This document shows, piece after piece, positions 61,544 to 64,000 of a DNA stretch of 64,000 bases. Each line of letters starts with the position of its first letter. Position 1 is the first letter of the stretch. The stretch lies in contig OZ237751.1 of the NCBI GenBank assembly GCA_965178125.1, forward strand, positions 1 through 64,000. The letters are read 5' to 3'. The position numbers and the translations under genes were made by a program. The notes beneath the pieces were generated by a model. That model did no database searches and was not told the origin of the DNA. It saw nothing but the letters and a program-made list of their open reading frames with translations. This DNA comes from Bilabrum cf. latius. Lineage: Eukaryota.

Positions 61544-64000
61544 ATGCTAGGCTTCATCCTGTCGCTGGCTGTTGCGTCAAGCCTTTGCATCGGGTCTGGT
61601 ATCCCTGAACCTCAGGCGAAGTATGCAGCCATGCGGCCTTTTCCCGTTGGAGTCGTATTTATTTAGGATCCGAGGCGTCACAAGACCATGGCAGATATCA
61701 AGGCCGAGTTCGCCCGTATCAAGCAGGCCGGATTCACGTGCCTAAAGCAGGTAATGCTAAACAACATCACGGACTCGTTTGTGGCTGAAGTGTTCGACAC
61801 TGCCCTGGATACCGGGCTGATCCCCTGGTGGTACGACATCGGGGGATGGGATAGCATCACGGACTCCCTGCTCGTAAAGCTTGGGCTTCCCAATTTCATC
61901 AGCATGGAGGACGCAGAGAATGCGCCAGCGATGGTCGATTACCAGACGAAGTTCCTCAGGAAGCGGGTGGCGAACATGTCCACTATTCCGCCGTACACGC
62001 CTCCGGCTCCGAAAGGACCGGGCCTGACAGTGCTGCCTATGGATTAGCGCCTGGTCCCTTTCTTTGCAGCTTGGCTGCAAGATGAATACGATGGTGATAT
62101 CGAGGCCCTAAATCGAGCGTGGCACGTTGACACCACGGAATCTCTGTCAAGGGCTTCGCGTGCAGCAGTAGAGATGCAAGCACATGGCCGACAGGCCATT
62201 GACGTGGCCTCGATCGCCGGCGGGTACGGCCTTGCGAGCGCCGCCTCAGCCAGAGAATCCGACTAGCAGCCCAAGCAGACTGTGAGGAGCTCGCCGCTCC
62301 GCAATTTCACCGATGCAGCCCTCAGTGTGGCTGTCCCCACCGGCGGTGCAGCGCCCGCCCCCGGACAGTGGGCCTTCGAGTACCTCGGGTCGAACTTCCA
62401 CTTCTCCCCGTGGCAGCCGAGCGGATGGGACAGGGACTATCGTCGGTTCAGGGATGCCATGCGATTCCACGCGCAGCACAAGGCCGGTCTGGAGCTGGAC
62501 ATGTGCAGGTACATGCGCGCGCACGAACCCCAGCAACCGGTGCGCGTGGGCGGCGAGACAATGCTGCTGCAGCCGCAGCCCCTCAACGGCTGGGACAGGG
62601 CGCTCATGGCAGACGTGGCCCGCGAGTGCGGGGCCTACTACGACTCGCTGCACCTGCCGTGGCACTACGCGCTCACCAACACGGAGAGATCCGACGGGCA
62701 GCACCATGGCTTCCACAGGTATGACCCCGACCAGAGCCTCTACTCCATGGCGCGGTACATTGCAGACGGGGGCAGGGACATGTGGCGGGGGGCCTTCGAG
62801 AGCAGTGGGGGCCCTGCGCTGTACTCTGGCGCGCAGGACAGCGGCATCGACGGTGGCCAGATCTAGAGGATGTTCATGAACTATTTGAGCGCAGGCCTGC
62901 GCGGGATCGGGGTGTGGTCTTGGAACGCGCGGTGGCAGGGGCAGGAGGCGGGTGGCTATGCACTCACCGATCTGCAGGGAAACGTGGGAGAGCGAGCAAT
63001 CGCGGCTGGGAACGTGTCTAAGGCGATCCAGCGGGAGAGGTTCTCTCTGTGGGAGGCAGAGGACGAGCCCGTTGTGGCGGTGGTGCACTCTTGGGAGGCA
63101 GAGGCAGCCAACTCGAGGATGGGGTAGGCGGGCGGGCCCGTGATCTCGTGCACGCTTGCAGGGTGCAGGGACAGGTGGGCGCAGGAGGCCTGGATGCACG
63201 TCAAGGCACGACTGGGCGTGGCGGCAGCTCTCACTGCCGCCGGTGTGCCCTGGCAGTGGGTCAGTGACGATGATGTAGGGCAGTGGGGTGCCGACGGGCT
63301 GCTGCAGCGCGGATTTAGGTCGGTGGTGCTGCCGGGGCTGGTGAGTGCCAACTCGACGAGCCTCCTCCCGGTGCTGCTGGGCTTCGTGGCCAAAGGCGGC
63401 ACGGTGGTTGCAGACGCGCCCCTCGGGATGCTAGAGGCCCCCGGCAGCGAGTTGGTGGACCATTTCCGGGCCTCGAGCGGTAGCAGCAAGGACCCTGCTT
63501 GGGCAGATCTGTTCGGGGCCGGCGTGTCAAACTGGCAGTCCTCATCCAACGGGTATGAGAGGATTGTCTCAGAGCTGCCCGGTCGGCTGGGGCGTCCCCA
63601 CCATGCTTCGGACTCGGGCGGTCTCTTGGTCCAGGGTACCACGGCGGATCTGCTGGTGGACGAATCTGCCCCCGGCGGTGGGGCCACGCTCGTCGTGGAG
63701 CCGGGGCATGGGCAGCCGAACGCTCGCCCCTGGGCCAGCGCCGCGGTGTGGGACAGGCCGCAAGGGGGAGGCCGCACCGTGCTGCTTGGCTTCGAGGCAG
63801 GGCGACTGGCCTTTGCCGAGCCTGCGCCTGCCTCGAGCGGGCTGTGGCCGGGCGAAGTCGAGGGCGGGCCCACGCATCCCGTGCCGCCCATGAGCGGACT
63901 GGGGCCATGGAGTCGATTCCTGGCGGAGTGCTCGACCCGCAACTACACTCTCTTGCCAGGAGCAGGGGCAGAGGCAGGGGCGATTGGCAGCACTCCTGCG
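61544..64000 (+). CDS. Secreted glycoside hydrolase, GH42/beta-galactosidase-like (TIM barrel plus trimerisation-type domain); runs off the window end
   Basis: Signal-like MLGFILSLAVASSLCIG. Motifs IKAEFARIKQAGF, FAAWLQDEYDGDIEALNRAW (GH42-like), RDYRRFRD, GIGVWSWNAR and LLGFVAKGGTVVADAP (trimerisation-domain-like). Track ORFs 61688, 62282 and 62870 share one frame joined across TAGs. Confidence 0.75.

Noticed and set aside
57441-63942. Long antisense or alternative-frame ORFs (e.g. 57441-58358, 59280-60257, 62246-63199, 62956-63942 on the minus strand; also 12941-13822 on the plus strand)
   Set aside because: These are shadow ORFs overlapping well-supported genes in GC-rich sequence and have no recognisable domains.
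4158-64000. Subtelomeric pseudogene graveyard explaining the many stops
   Set aside because: Interruptions are exclusively TAG. I saw no frameshifts or internal TAA/TGA over multi-kb frames, and catalytic or ligand motifs (Rieske, FYVE, CX5R, SUMO di-Gly) are intact.
4158-64000. Pyrrolysine, selenocysteine or programmed single-site readthrough
   Set aside because: TAG occurs many times per gene in unrelated proteins and varied contexts. TGA behaves as the normal stop and no pyl genes are visible.
4158-64000. TAG-recoded phage or prokaryotic contig
   Set aside because: TTAGGG telomeres, GT-AG introns, SUMO, YIPF, FYVE and INPP4 indicate a eukaryotic nuclear chromosome.
4158-64000. TAGs as 3' splice sites of many tiny in-frame introns
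   Set aside because: Sequence on both sides of many TAGs is needed for continuous domain motifs (SUMO, EGF, PH, ankyrin), and matching GT donors are not consistently present. RNA-seq would settle it.
3844-64000. tRNA (including a CUA-anticodon tRNA) or rRNA genes
   Set aside because: No cloverleaf or rRNA-like sequence was recognised by eye in the short intergenic gaps. A tRNAscan-SE/Infernal run is needed to exclude them formally.

Overview
Eukaryotic (protist-like) chromosome-end region. Bases 1-3843 are a layered subtelomere: a 155-bp tandem array, a (CCCTAA)n tract, a 339-bp tandem array, a second (CCCTAA)n tract and a G-rich 53-bp minisatellite. From about 4.1 kb onward the window is extremely gene-dense and almost intron-free. 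The main observation is a non-standard nuclear genetic code. The fragmented ORFs in the supplied track fall into single reading frames that are interrupted only by TAG and end at TGA (10 genes) or TAA (1 gene). So UAG appears to be a sense codon, most likely Gln, while UAA and UGA remain stops. Read this way the window holds 12 genes: a YIPF1/2-like protein; a ~2,700-aa secreted FN3/Gly-rich/Kelch/P-domain protein; SUMO; an unknown ~1,200-aa protein; a ~2,470-aa secreted IPT/EGF protein; a ~4,320-aa secreted IPT/Cys-repeat protein with a degenerate pepsin-like domain; a Rieske-domain protein; an ankyrin-repeat protein; a PH-RCC1-FYVE protein; an INPP4-type inositol 4-phosphatase; a basic hypothetical protein; and a secreted GH42-like glycosidase truncated by the window end. 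Frames were joined by hand and many, not all, gaps were read codon by codon. The organism cannot be identified from the sequence alone.
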